A stretch of DNA of 56,934 bases, filler included, from Platydemus manokwari (GCA_037951405.1; 5 parts of 5 records of this genome joined end to end with filler, not necessarily neighbours in it), one strand, 5' to 3'; positions 24,230 to 39,305 are shown, counted from the whole stretch's first letter. Notes: generated by a model from the sequence alone, not told the origin. Numbers and translations: made by a program.

Positions 24230-24758
24230 TGTATACTAAAATCGAATATTTTACCAATAATCATTGTGAAATTTTCATTTTTCGGTTCATGTCCAAAATA
24301 AAATTTTTACTAGAGAAATCAAGAAATCAAATACAGCAGGATGGTATCAGTGCTCACACAGCAACCACTTCAGTTCAGTTTCTTCAGCAATCTACTTCTG
24401 ATTTCATCGACCCCGAAGATTGACCCTCCAAAAGTCTAGACTTAAATTATATGGATTGCTGAGTTTGAAGATTGTTATTAACAGAGCTTTAAAAATGTCG
24501 ACATAGCATAAACACTTTTGATGATTTTAAAGCGAGCTTGATAAAACCTCGGAACGATTTCTCACAAGGTATCCTTCAAAACGCTACACGAACTTGGAAT
24601 TATACGTTAAGACGCTGCTCTGAATTCCAAGGACGACATTTTGAGCATCTATGAGCGCAACATAACAAATGCCTTTGAAAAAATTTGTGAAAATAATTCT
24701 TTGTAAAAAATAAATAGCAATTTGATAATTTTTTCTGCTTTTCCAGTGACCACCTCTA
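24230..24758 (+). mobile_element. Decayed Tc1/mariner-superfamily transposon, DD37D (maT-type) 3' half
   Basis: QQDGISAHTA...ED*PSKSLDLNYMD, with exactly 37 residues between the second and third catalytic Asp. Several Trp codons are mutated to TGA. The end 'ttttccagtgaccacctcta' resembles a right TIR (..gaccaccctg TA). Confidence 0.8.
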
Positions 24759-27700
24759 ATTGGCCAAGGCTTACTGTTGAATAAATACAGTTTCCTTGTC
24801 ATGTGTAAACACGACACAATTCAAATATTCCAGCGTACAAATAAAAATGTCACTTTAATTGGATCAACTGACACTCTCTAAACTAGGTATACTGGATACC
24901 ATTTCAATGAAATTTAATAAAGTGCCAAACAAATCTTGTTTAAAAGAAATAAGATCTGATTTCGATGAATGAGATTCATGTGTTAATAATTTGACTTCAG
25001 AAATTTTATCGTTCGATAAGGGTTTCCAAACATTTCGCTATGGAAATATTATTTAGATATTTTGGAAGCCAACCATGAGAAGCAAAATATCAAATTATAT
25101 TTCATTTATTGGCTCTCAAGATCCATTCCGATCAATTTATCAGAATAAACGGCATTATTTGTTGAAAAGTCTATCATGAATAGGTTCGATGTAAATCAGG
25201 TATTATCAAGCGTTCCTAAATGAAAATACTTAATTTTTTATTTCAATTTGGGGAAATGAATGGCTACATATACATACACAAACATACACGTCGACTGACC
25301 AATCCCGGTTCTCAAATCTACGACTCAAATTGAAACCAAGCAAGTTAGAACATATGAAAAGTTAAGCAGACACAATCTATTATCTATAGATTTTGTAGCA
25401 AATATGGTCTGTTACCAGTTGAAGCCAATCGGAGTGAAATGCACTTATTTTTTGATGATCTATGTAAGTACTGAATAGCACGATTTCAGTCAATAAAAGT
25501 CTTTTCAAGAATTTGGTCTTGATATCTTCTCATAGAAAAGAAAATTCAACAAGATAGTTAATGTGCAAAGTAAATGAATTACAGAAATGTGTTTCTTTGC
25601 CATGGCACCATGTTTTAATGTTCGATGAAATAGAAGGGAAACCAGTTCTTTAATGAAAAATTAAATTTTTGGGCACCAGTTCAAGATAAGTTCTGCAGAA
25701 TTGATACTATAATACAGATGCTTAACAGGTTCACGAAGACAAATTCATTCTCCCCAATATCTCTTAGCAAGCAATAATTTTTCATCTTTTTATGATTATT
25801 CTGTTAATATTTTACATGTGTCATCCAATCAATTTCGAGGTATTAAGGCGAAACAATCTTTTGTTTCAATAAATTGGATACCGACAACTAATTTTTGATT
25901 AAGAATCCATTTTGACGACTTTCTTGAAGTCTGTCTGTTCCAAACGACAAATGAACACTTCACATAAATAATTACTGTCGTCAACAACCCCGCAATGGGT
26001 TTGCCAGCTTGCATGTATCAATATCTGGTCGGCTGTTTTGATAAATTTATTTGACAAGAATGAAAATTATTTGTTTGAATTTTTAAAGAACTTGCCAATT
26101 CGAAACTCTTCATGCTTGGGTATATTTTAAATGATATGAATTCACTCCTGTTAGAATTAATCAATAACGCGAATGTAGCCATACGTTCGGAATACGTTGA
26201 TGAATTTTCTTTTAATTACATATTTATTTTCATTGGCTCTCAATCCATAAATGCAATAAAAGCTCGACATATAGCCATACGGATATTGATAATGTATCAT
26301 TTAATACCGGTAGCATTGGTATTGTGCATAGTTATCAATAATAATCACACTTGATTTCAAGCGACACTATAAATGCAAAAACTTTCCACTTTACTACGTA
26401 ATTGGAAATTAAAGAGAGAAATTTCATTCATTCTTTATATCACCAATCGAGTATGAAGCACGTTTGAGATTCAATTCATTGTTGGAGAAATAATGAGAAA
26501 TATAATGGAATAAACTAACTTCGTCGTAGGACTTACAACTCACTTTATCGAGAGTCAACAATTGACGAGGCAGGATACACTGATCCGTATTTAATTAATA
26601 TATAAATAACAAGTTAATCAAATGATTTTCCATCGTTTAACTTTACAGCCCAAACCTGAAAATGATTCGATTTGTCTTTCACATAAATCTGCGAGAGATT
26701 TCTACTGCAAAAGATATATCAAAAACTGTCAGCAATAGATATTTCCTTTGGAAGTTCCTTAAGATTTAAAATGCAGAAGAATATATTTTTTTAATTTACC
26801 AATACTTAAACAGACTGCATCAGCACATTTAAGGATTGAAATTAATGTTCTGAGAAAGCTTTAATATATGCCAGGATCGATCACAATAATTTCAAACATA
26901 ATAAGTTTAAAATTCGATAAATTTTCAAATGAATATAAACATTTGTTTTAATTAATCGCATGTTTTATAAATATTTTAAATTTATAGCCCATCATTTAGA
27001 ATCGAGATCCGAGTCCACCATTCGCTCATTGGTTGATGTGAATTGGCAAGGATTTCACTCACACTTGCGATCACTTATCACTTGGCCTTCGGAACCTGTT
27101 GCAATTGTATTTTGATTTCATATCATTACATCCATTATAATATTAATCCAATTATAAATATAATTATAATTATAAATTACAAAATATTGATTATAAATTA
27201 AATAATAATGATTATAAATTAGAAAATCCTTATAATTAAAAAATAAAATTTTTAATTAAAAACTAAAACCAATCAAATATTTTCCTTTCAAATTTATATG
27301 AGAATTATAAAGATTATTCGAGGGTGTGTTACCACATTAATAAATCCTTTTTCGTTTGATTTCATTTTCTATTAATTTTTCTATATATTTCTTCTCCAAT
27401 ATTACTTCATTGATATGTTGTCATGGGTTTCCTGACCTAGATATTATGAAAATATAATTTTTATGATAAAATAATGGAGAGCAATTGAAAATAATATACA
27501 GTGTCGTGCAATTAATGATGCTGAGGAAAACTTTGAGGAATGGATTGACAATTTTCGAATATTAATTGCTGAGAGATAAATTTTTAATCTCATTTCATTT
27601 GTGTATTTAAAATCGAAAAAGACAAAAACTGAAATTGTGAAATTGAATTTTCAAAGGTCATTTGAGAAAATACATGATATCGAGCATTTGCAATCAATAA

Positions 27701-28005
27701 AAAAGAAAAGTCTTCCACAAATTCCTGTATTTATTCTACAAGTATCTAAATTCCATAAAAAGATTTCCCTATCTGTTATCAATCCATGTCATAAAAATTT
27801 CTTTTGAAAAACGAAAAAATAATCATTGTAATTAATGGATGCACTAGTTTCACAGCTTATTTAATAAAATAATAGCAGCCCACATGGCGACCAAACATTT
27901 GGATTCGATTCTAAGAATCTCAATATCAGGGAATTATAAAATATATACATATGTGTATTCATAAGATTTTGAGACATGAATAAGTGCTTTCGTTATCGGG
28001 CTTAC

Positions 28006-28320
28006 AAAAAATTTGAAATTTTTTGCAGTACGGATTGCTGAAATTTCATGAATTTTCATTGATTTTCTATTCCATATAACATTCTTTTTTAATAAACTTT
28101 TTTCAATCATTTTCGGTCATTTATTGTTTATATTTACAACTTTATCCGAAGTTTTTTATTTGAAATGACCAAATTTTTATGAACTTTTCATGATTTTTCC
28201 AAAAATTATAAAAAATTTTGTGACTTAAATTTGTGACTTTTTTATAGGATTTTGAAAAATTTTGAAAATTTTTGTAGTTCCGAATACTGAAATTTTATGA
28301 TTTTCCTTTGATTGTGAGAT
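28006..28320 (+). repeat. Diverged direct repeat, ~60-nt cores about 250 nt apart
   Basis: 'aaaaaatttgaaattttttgcagtacggattgctgaaatttcatgaattttcattgatt' versus 'aaaaattttgaaaatttttgtagttccgaatactgaaattttatgattttcctttgatt'. Confidence 0.7.
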
Positions 28321-30077
28321 TTTAAAAATCAATAAATATTTAAATGAGAATTTTAAGTAAAAAATATATTTATATTAAAAAATTAAATTATTCAATATAT
28401 TGTTTGAATATATTGAGAAAATACATTTTTGTTGCGCTATTTTAGAAAATAATAGCTAAAATATATCTTGATCTTATTTCCATGGTTACCAGATAATTAG
28501 TTTGCTTAGTTTACTGCTTTGATTCTGTCGTCAATTGATACATTGGATCTAAGTTCTTTATTTGGTGTGGATTTCATTATCTGACTCATTTCTTGGTGTA
28601 TCAGCATAAAACACACATGTGTTCATAAAGGTCACAATATAAACAAATTTTTGACCGCTTGTAATTCATTTAATTTTATTGAATTTTTGAAAATCAGTTT
28701 AAGAACGACAATTTTATTTTATTTTTAATTTAATTATAGGCCCTATAAAACATGCTACAGAGGTTTCCATTTATCGTTATGATCTTGATAACAGTTTCAT
28801 ACAAGTCAAAAAGTAAAATTTTAGTCTTCCGACCGAAGAAAAACAAAAATAGACTTTATAAGCTGGGAATTTATGGTCACATTTTAATATGAATGAAAAC
28901 ATTGTGATGAATCAATTAATATTTCAGATAATCAAAAGTTTTTCTCAAATATCATAGCAGTCGGTCAGCTTTGTCTTGAAAATTTCTTCTTAAAATTATA
29001 TGAATTATAAAGTTCTCATTCTGAGTCTCACTTTTTGTCAAATGATCATGGTTAATAGATATTTCATTTGAAACTCAAGAAATGAGATTTAGAATCGCAA
29101 AATTGGGTTTAGAAAATATCTTATAAAATAAAAGTATGTACCAATTTCTGGTCGAAATTTAAAGGTTTCTTTACAAGATTTACCACGAATTTGAAGATGA
29201 TTTGTCAATAAATATGAGCCTGATAATGTCCTTCAATATTAAGCAATTGATTATGATATTTCCATCGAAAAAGTTTCCATATTTTTGAGTCTTCAAATTC
29301 ATCTGAGAAATCAAATATCCATTCCAAAAACACAAAACATTTTACATCGAAAATACCTCTCCTATACATCATAATAATCATCAAATCATGAAAACCTGGG
29401 AATATTTAATGAAGATTTCAAAGATTAAAGTACTATAGTACTCTCTCATCTCAATTTGAATTTATTGACGGGGTATACCTATATCGAAGACGTATAGGGA
29501 ACCAGTTTTGAAAATATTTAATCATGGATTTCTCTATAATTTATTAAAATTATTTTATAAAATAGTTTTCAAATTAGGGGCTTGCAGATAATGCATACAT
29601 TGCACTCATTTACATGAGCCATAACTTTTCCAATGATACCGTGTATATATATTTTTGGTATACCTGTAATAGGATTTTATGTATATTAAACTAGCAAACT
29701 TTACAAATACACACACAACTAATTTATCGAAACGGACCTGATTGAACTCAATAAGATATTTAAATTGTGAGTGCATGAATCTTGGGTTATCTTAACCAAT
29801 CCCATCAATAGCCGACCAGTAATGTTCTTGAACTAGTTTGAAATCGATTCCAATTTATAATCGACAAAGAAGATTAAAAAGTGTACGCCTGTCAGAAATT
29901 TGCACATTGAAAATTTAATCCAACGTTTTTGTGTATAAAAGTATTGCTAAAATCACTGACGTATAAAAGTAGTAATTTATAGCCTTTTATATATTGTATA
30001 GGAATTTATTATATCCAATAGGAATTGGTATAATTTGTTAATTACAATAAACATTTTTATATTAAACCAAGTTGGTT

Positions 30078-30404
30078 TGTGATCAGGCAGCTGGTCATGA
30101 GGTATCACAATTTCATCATTATGCATTTCGGTGTCATTCATGATCTTATTGGGAATAATCCAGTAGTTAGATTGATAAACGAGACTGATAAAGATAATAA
30201 TCTAGTCGATAAATCGATTTCTACGCCGTTCCGCTTATCTTCATATAAGTTAAGAACTTTGAGGCGAAAGAATATCAATATGCACAGGTCAGAATACTAC
30301 CTGAGTATCAAGACGGACTCAGAGAAGTGATCGAGTCGTAGATTTCGATCAAATCAGATAATAATCAGATAAACAAATAAAAGTAGGGATCCCAAAACGT
30401 AACA
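30078..30404 (+). mobile_element. Possible LTR-retrotransposon remnant (solo-LTR-like)
   Basis: TGT...ACA termini; AATAAA ~25 nt before the end; flanks GGTT/GGTA (3 of 4 match as a target-site duplication); GC-richer than the flanks. Confidence 0.3.
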
Positions 30405-33400
30405 GGTATTTAAATATCTAGTTTGGTGTTGTGACTTTTCTTTCCGTTTTCAATGGGTGCTTGATGAAAAAGTAGCGGCTTACAAGAATAATAATCACAA
30501 TTTTATGAAAGACCAGCACACTCAAAAGAAAGGTTAATGGTAATCGAAACTTTAGACAAAAATATATTAAATATTATCTTTTCGTTAAATTAGATCTTCA
30601 GATGGCACTTGTGATTTGAATTATATTTCCGTTATATCTCGTTGCGAATCTTGATAATAAATCAATAAAAAATATTTTCTTTAATTTGTACAAAAGCATT
30701 TATCGCAATACGACTCCCGAGGAATGGCAAGATATTCAGATTTACAAATTTATGAATTACTTTGATTGTTTTATAGTTGAATTTCTGGCTTACAAGAGCA
30801 TCACAAAAGCAACGACTAAAGATCGATTGTCAATTTTCTGAAATTATTAATTTTATAGTAGATTATTAAAGCGATAGTATTGATTTTCGATTTTCTGTTG
30901 TGAACAAGTCATTCATTAATGTCTTGCCAATCAAAATATAATTTTAAAAACTAGAATCGATACACAATACGCTTCTGTTCAGGGAATAATGATATGACGT
31001 TTAGCTAGTCAGACACCAATTTAGATGTCTAATAAATCAGAGAGGCTGATTAAAACGATTAAGCCATCAATCTTTAAACCATAAATTTGGTTCACAGAGC
31101 CTATTTCAATAAATCTCTTCAAATTTCTTTTTGATAAAGTGTATACAGTGGAAATCGTATTTAAAATTAATTTATAAGCTTCCTGGTAAAAATTTGAGTT
31201 TCAAGCTTTTATTTTTAATTGACCAATAATTTGAATAGCCTGTTTATCTTTTGAAATTTGAGAGATATCTTGAGTGGAATTGATTTGTGATCAAAAATTG
31301 TGCCAAAACACCGTGCATTAGTAGTAATAGAATTGAATGAAATGGCCATGGGGACAAATTAACCAATCAACGACTAATTAAATGGTTGATTTGATGTTCT
31401 ATCCGATGATTACAAACAACTACAAAATCAGTATATCGATTGACTAACTGAGTTGTCGATAATTCCTCCACCATATTCTTATAATTGCTGCAATCAACAA
31501 CTAGGAATTATAATTGATGCACCAATATTGATTGATATAATAATGAACTTAATTTAGATAGACTACTAATAATCGGTTAATGCATGTGTTATCTTTGCCA
31601 TATTGGCTCTACCGAATACTGCGAGCTTTACATGAACTAAAACAAGGTACCCAATAAATTGGTTTTAATACTGACAAACGAAAACAACAAAATAAACGCA
31701 ATTGATGGGTAAAAATAAACCCATTTTTAGAAAAAGCTTTCTAAATATATGCTTTTGTATAAAATAGCAGACATTATTATTTTGGTCCATTTAGGAAATC
31801 GTCTCTTCTTTGCTTAATAGGAATTTTCTCCACAGTTAATAAAATTAAAGAAATCTAACTGTGAAAAAAATGCAAATCGATTCGTACTATTCAGTTAGGA
31901 GGGAAACATTTTTAATTACTTTTTCTCCATTTAAAGCTTATATTTCCATTGTATTGGAAACATGAGTGATAAAATCCTCATTTCCCACCCCATATGGTTT
32001 CCATTGATCGTTTTTTAATCCTCGATACCTCCCATCGATTTTTCATTAATACCAATACGAGTTGGGATTAATTTGTGAAATATCAATGTACTTTTTATCC
32101 TATTGATATGCAATCAATATATTGATTAACAGGCGTCCTTTAATAACCAAATATTTGAAATTAAAAACCAATTATTAACAGTCTGGAATATTTGTGACGA
32201 CAAATTATCCATAAAAAATCGAGTAGAATATATTTTTAATAAACTAAAATTTCAAAAAATATATTCTCAGATAGTTTTCTATCAAATTAGCACGTCGCTA
32301 AGATCTTAAAAATGTCCATCCATCTGACTGAGGAATGATAAAGCCAATAGCTTCGGATTTTTTTTTAATTATTTTACAAGAGATAATTCAAATATTTTCT
32401 TAAACATAAACATAACCAGACGAGTATAAAGATTCAGATCTATAACTAGCTGTTATTATACAAAAAATTATACAAGATAATCGCTGCAATAGTCCCGGGA
32501 AATTCTTTTAATCAACTCAACACATATCGTTTCGACAACATATCCTAAAAAGTGCTCAAAACTGAATGAAGATTAAGCAACAAAATAAGTACTCCCCAGG
32601 CTGTTGAATGATATTTTTGCAAAACAGTTTTAAAATCGAAAGCGGGAAACCTTCAGAAGTTCTCAATGTGGCTGTCATATCATTCAGAAAGATGCCATAG
32701 GAAGCATGAATAAACAGCGAGATATTTCTCTTCAATAAATATAACGAGTTTAGCTGAAATAATGTTCGACATTAATATCATCTAAATAATTAAGTCATCA
32801 AATAACTTGTTTTAATCAACCGTAGAACGACTTGTGTAAAAGAGTTACCGAAACCATTATTATCGATTTTCAGGTATTATGTTTGTAATGATAGACACAC
32901 ATTAAACTATAAGCCTGATATCGGGGAGTTAATTTGAAATGGCCACTATTATATTATAAAAGAATCTATCCCGTTTAATATAATTAAATGATGAATATAG
33001 TTAAACAAAAAATAGCACATGTCGTTACTAATGATATTAAACCAAGTCGAAGCGAATCGTTTCCTTGCATTACAGATTTTAATATCCTCCAAAAACAACA
33101 ATCACGAATAGGTGTTTTCATTATTCTATCTTGACTTTATTCACATCTGGAGAATTGTCTCAATTAATATTGATAAATACTTCCAACCAATGCGCCATCT
33201 CTACTAATACGTTGTTTTCCATCTGAAATTAAATCGATATGTTCCCCATTAATTATTCTCTGAATTTCAATCTCATTTCAAACAAAGATCGAAACATCAC
33301 ATCGACAGAATCTATGAATATTTATTAAAGGTTAATTATATAATTAATTTCATTTATTTAAAACAAAAAACATCAATTTCATGTTTACTAAAACAAAAGT

Positions 33401-35003
33401 GAATTTCAATGGATTTTCCCGTTTGCCTGACTGAACAATTAGTGCCTGTTATCGAAGATAAACATGAGAGATTTCCACCACTTTGCGAAATGGAATTAAT
33501 GGTTGCATTTACCTTTTTGTTTGTTCATTCTTAAAATCATGATATCAATCAAATATAAATAAACAGAATTTTCGTTTGAATTTTTTTGAATTTTTCTTTA
33601 TTTTTTCTTTTTGATTATGGTTTGTCATCAGTGGGTCGGAAATTCCTGTATAGCGGAATAAATATTTTGAAAATAATCCACCAAACCACGACGTATTTGC
33701 GTAATATACTTAAGAGAGAAATTCTGATTTCAAAATCCTTTGTAAAAGCTATTGGAAAAATAAGACAAAACTCCCTTAACTTATAAAATATCGCAACAAC
33801 TACATCAATAACGGCATGTTATTACGGACCAGTTGACACTAACGGTATTGTATTACATTTTTCACGCTACATTTAGATTTATCTTTATCAAGAATTTTAT
33901 TTTATCGGCAAAATTTCTATCGTTTTTTTAATCGTTACAATAAATCAAATACTCTTATGATCAATAAAAAAATAAAAAGAATTAAGTTCAATTAAACTCT
34001 GTCACCGTGGTGTTTCTGAAGTTAAAAAACAAAATTATTTATTCTCTTCAGAAATTTGAAAGAGAACTTAAAAGTAAAAGAGGAAAACGATCTAAATTTA
34101 GAGCGGTAAAAGTGGTTTTGATTATCAAAGATTATAATTGTAAAATAATAACTCATACCAATTCAATACGATCGTCAACTCACAGCCTAATATCGAGGGT
34201 TAAATTTATTCAGAAAAATTGAAGTTCTAAAAGCCAAATGTCAATTCACACTGAGTTCAGTACCCGAAAGATAAATATAAAAACAGGAGTTATCTAACAT
34301 AAAAGACTGACTGTTGTCCTTGAGAGTCGACTCATTTTATAGACTTGTATTGCAACTTTGGTTTTAATTTTCGAAAACAGTCTTCATATCAGTACATTGC
34401 CAAATTTCATTTTGTCTATTATGTGATTGGTTTATTTCAATGCTAGCTGCTGCCTGCTGTTAGTGTGCAACAAATGACAACCAAGGACAAAACACAGATT
34501 GATTATTCTGAAAGTCTATCATCAGCTACTCTAACATGTATCTATTAAGCTTGTGGGTATTGAGGGTCATTATAATGATTCCAAAATGGATTTTTGATCT
34601 TTTATTGTCAAGTGCTGCACATGTGTATTGGATTTTTTGAAATACGATTAACATGACAAATAAATCAAGCCACTTCAAAAGTATTTTCTATCCAAAAGAA
34701 ATTCTAATTTATCATTGGTTTGATATGTTTTCTTTCTCCATCTTTATAACTTGAAATCAAGTACGTTTGTGTTTAACTTTATAGACAAATCTTTGGAACC
34801 CTACCTGGTCTAGTACTAAACATACAGACATAGATAAGGACACAAACAAATATTTATATACGTACAACCAATACTTCTTCTCTGCTCTCAGTTGGGAAAC
34901 ACAATGTGTAGCACCATGAAAACTCGATGTACTTCATTGAAAAATAGAATAAGCAAGCGCTTTTATGTAAATTTAAGCAATTTTCTTCTCTCTCGCCTAG
35001 ATC

Positions 35004-35361
35004 CTGTTTAATGTAATGATATTTCCTCGAAATGAATTTTTTAATGTAATGATATTTCCTCGAAATGAACTGTTTAATGTAATGACATTTCCTCGAAATG
35101 AATTGTTAAATGTAATGATATTTCCTCGAAATGAACTGTTTAATGTAATGATATTTCCTTGGAATGAACTGTTTAATGTAATGATGTTTCCTCGAAATGA
35201 ACTGTTTAATGTAATGATATTTCCTTGGAAAGAACTGTTTAATGTAATGATGTTTCCTCGAAATGAACTGTTTAATGTAATGATATTTCCTTGGAATGAA
35301 CTGTTTAATGTAATGATATTTCCTCGAAATGAACTGTTTAATGTAATGATATTTCCTCGAA
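35004..35361 (+). repeat. 33-bp minisatellite, ~11 copies (CTGTTTAATGTAATGATATTTCCTCGAAATGAA)
   Basis: Near-perfect tandem units; explains the three overlapping repetitive ORFs. Confidence 0.96.
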
Positions 35362-36243
35362 TAATATTCGTAATACAGCCTGATATCGACAGGGTATTCT
35401 GCCAACACAAATAATTATCGAACGATTAAAAAACCTTGACGTATTTATAAAATTTTCAAACCCACTCATAAAGTTGGACCACGTTTCAGTGTTTCCAGTC
35501 TCAAATTTTCCTGATTTTTTATTTATTTATCTGAAAGCGGTAAAAACATCGCGAAGAAAATCAGTGAAAAATTATTTCGAATTCGTGTGTCGAGAAAAAT
35601 GAAAATGTTTTATGAAAATTGTCAATTTAATTAAATTAAAACTGACGAAACAAATCAATCGAGAAATCTTCATATTTGTCAACACATTAAGACTTTTATC
35701 TTTCTCTCAAACAGCCTTGTAGAAACAGTACTTCTTAACGTCAATCTAATTTCCTTCAAAACTGTCTCAACGCAAAAAAAAATTTCATCTAATATGTGGA
35801 TTTGAATTGAATCGAAATTTTCTTTTTTCAAATATTAAAAGAAAAAAAACAAAGAAAAACGTTAAATTTACTTATTTTATTCATTATGATAGAATATTCT
35901 CATCAATGTGAGCAGAAAAATAATATTGGCATTCAATGGGCTGTGTTGCGTATTTTACAGGTTTTAGAATTTAATAATTTAATCATATTTTTGAAAAAAT
36001 ATAATAGTTTATAATTATTTATTATTTATTGATACAATTATTATTATCATGAACGCTATTACCTCCTTCATTATAATTTTGATTCTCGCTGTTATTATTT
36101 TTCTTATTATTATCAATATAATTGGTGAGAATTTTAAAATTACATAAAATTTAAATATTCCTATGATAAAAATATAAATCATTGGTTTTCAACCAGGGTT
36201 CCACCAGTACTCTACATTGGTTCTGCAATTTCTAAATTAGAAC

Positions 36244-36343
36244 NNNNNNNNNNNNNNNNNNNNNNNNNNNNNNNNNNNNNNNNNNNNTTAATTAATTAAN
36301 NNNNNNNNNNNNNNNNNNNNNNNNNNNNNNNNNNNNNNNNNNN
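36244..36343. other. Artificial contig linker
   Basis: N44-TTAATTAATTAA-N44. Confidence 0.97.
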
Positions 36344-38149
36344 CAGAATTGTACAAGATTTTCTTTAATAAACACTCAATTGTTCTAAAAAATTCCGGTT
36401 TTTAAGTTATAGACCCAATATTATTATTATTATTCCAATTATCATTATTTTGTTATAAATAATTTATCAGAAATTTGTAAGAATATTTCAAAAATATATT
36501 GATACATTTTTCAACTAAAACCTTTCAGAAAATAAATTGATACAACTAAATAATATAACAAAAATTATGACATAAGTATTCATGCAATACATTTTCTATA
36601 ATAATAGTTACGAAATATACATTGATGCATTTGGATCATACTCATACATTGATACACAATGTTACACTGTTATTATTATTCGATTTGTTCAAATGTTCAA
36701 ATCCCCAACATATTTATTCAAGTAGTACTTATTCCATCGTGTTACATTACATTACAAGTGAATATGAATTTCATTTTGCTTCATATAATAGTAATCGTTA
36801 GTGTCTTTTTGTTGTTGTAACATTTGTTTTCTTATTTCTTTAGCACATTGGCTTGCATAATTTATAATTTGAATACTGAGGCTAAAATTTGATGATTTTT
36901 TGTTTTAATATTACTATTTTATAATGCAATTATGTTACTTTCATTGTTTCTCTGCTAAGGAACTTCTGTAGTAACATTGGTTATCTTGCGTTAAATTTAT
37001 GTGACTGTTTTGTGTTTGTATTTATTGACATAAAGTTAATACTTTGCTTATTTCTTCCGATATTTTTTTGAAATTGTATTTTTACCTTATAGTAATTATA
37101 ATAGTCATAAGATAGATTTCATTGATATATTATTGTGGTATTTTCTTTGTTCCCTTTTCCTTATTCTGTCTTTACCCAATTCATTTCCTCGATTTATTCA
37201 TTTTCACAACCCAAGACAATTTCTTTTCAATTTACCAATTTCTGTGGAGTTTATTATCAAACACTTCCAAAAATTGTGCCGTTATCTGGATTTTTGGTGT
37301 ATATTAAAATCTATAACATTTTTTATTGTAGTAACTGTATTTTTGTATAATTTATTAATAGACGATTGTTTATTCTAAAGTAGATTATTTTTCAAACTGA
37401 CAAGTGTTATGGAAATCTCATAGGTTGTCACAATCAGTGTCATTACACTATCTTTTTGATAGTAGCACGTGTATTTTAAAAATATTAAACAAAGAAGTTG
37501 ATAAAGGAATTATATAAGAAGAGAGGACAATAAAACAAGTAGTTGTTTAAGATAACTCAAATAGGGAATATTCTAAGTCGCTCGTCTTCTCTATGCTCAA
37601 AAGTTCAAATGTCGAGATAAAGGATTACTGAAAACATATAGTTAATTTGCTAAATGGAGGTTTTAAGAACTTTAGGGTCTGATTTAAATCGTATATAGCT
37701 TTATCCAAGTCAAATAAAGAAGATTAATAAAAAGCACAAAAGTCAAAACCAGTCTGACCATCAAAGTAACATTTTTACAAGAAGATACATTGATGTTCTT
37801 TTTTGTTTAGTTTTCTCGACAGATTGTTACTTTATCATGCTGAAAGTACTACATTTTAATTCAAATATATTATTTTATCATTAACGAGTAGTCTCTTCTA
37901 TCAATAGAGATTGTGAACAAGTTGAGATTCAGATACATCCTATTTATTACGTGCCCCCTTTTAGGGTGGGTATATCGACATTAATAGAATCAATGATTAT
38001 ATTGGGCTATCTGCTATTAATGATTAGAATTATCTCTGATTCTAATCCAATAACTGATTTCGACAATTTCTGAGATGATTACAAAATATAAATATGTTTT
38101 CCTAAAATATTAGAATATTTGTGTTGAAAAATGAGCATTGAGATCTTGT

Positions 38150-38740
38150 CAAACATTTCACCTATGCTTTCAAAAATAAACTGTTGGAAGCTAAAATACT
38201 AAGAGCAATAATCAGAACCAAATCTAAGGTGACTTTTGAAAAATTTACTCTAAATTACAATAATATTTTATCGGGATTCGTAGTGATTGAAATTTGTGCA
38301 GCTTTTACCAAAGATTGCTTTTTTGAAGATTATAAGTACATCATTGGGTAGATCGAGAATGCCTGGGTAATTATCAATGGTTTGTTGTCTTGATTTTTAA
38401 AATATATGGTGCCAGCACTGGTTTTATTGATATAATCAAAGACATCTACTCTTTTTTACAAGCACTGTCATGGTGGAAATCAGTAAAAAATAAGCAATGC
38501 TCCCTGTTTAAGTTGCTTATAAACCTACTCCTTATTGCAATTGAGTTGGCAAATAAAATGGATTATGAGATTTTTAATAAGAAAACTCATGTTGTTTCTT
38601 ATCTTGATGATTTTATTTTTGATTCTGCTAATAAACGGCTTAACTCCTCGACTTTATTCTTGATTCCCCACAATTATAATTTTCAAACTCAGAAGTTTCA
38701 AAAAATCAATGAACCACTCATGAGTAGGTGCTTATAGCAC
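38150..38740 (+). mobile_element. Decayed non-LTR retrotransposon RT (R2/NeSL/HERO-like)
   Basis: 'WVD..ENAW' (cf. WLDxxNAF), 'FKIYGASTGFIDIIKDIY', 'LFKLLINLLL', 'HVVSYLDD' (YxDD), in the expected order and broken by indels. Confidence 0.68.
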
Positions 38741-39253
38741 AAGAATTCGGCAAAAGAGATAAATAGTTCAGACACTAACTCAAAGAAAATGTAAAGAAAA
38801 AATCAAAAGGAAATACTGAAAAGGCTGTGAGTACAAAATTAACTTAACATACTACTTAAAGCGCAAAAGTAGAGAGAGATATAAGAATAGTATCAATCTC
38901 AAGTAAGAGAAAAATATGAAATGGGATTTTAAAATAAGAATAAATGAAGTACAACAAAATAGATAAAATAGAATTGCGGGAAACACAGAATTTGCAGTAA
39001 GTCAATATACCAAGACTAGGTTCACAATGAAATAACGCTTCATCCGCAGATAGATCTTCGCGAAAAATCCTATTCAAAAATTGGATTATTCATCTCAACT
39101 ACTAGGAAAATATCCACCTTTACGATCACTCAAAACAAATAACTCGGCTAGTAGCGAGTTTGCAAAGCCTTTAGTGTTTATTAGATTAAGGACAATTTTG
39201 TGTTTCGCCATCACATGCCAACGCTGTCATTTAGAAGAAAAGAAGAATTTCCA

Positions 39254-39305
<52 letters not shown>
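39254..39305 (+). repeat. Compound (AT)n(GT)n microsatellite
   Basis: Directly visible. Confidence 0.95.

Noticed and set aside
31900-32080. piggyBac-like 'MGGIE..NDQ' on the minus strand
   Set aside because: A single short motif that needs a frameshift, with no supporting motifs.
35004-35361. CRISPR-like array or LRR protein from the 33-bp repeat
   Set aside because: Units abut with no unique spacers, the context is eukaryotic, and the 11-aa translation does not fit LxxLxLxxNxL.
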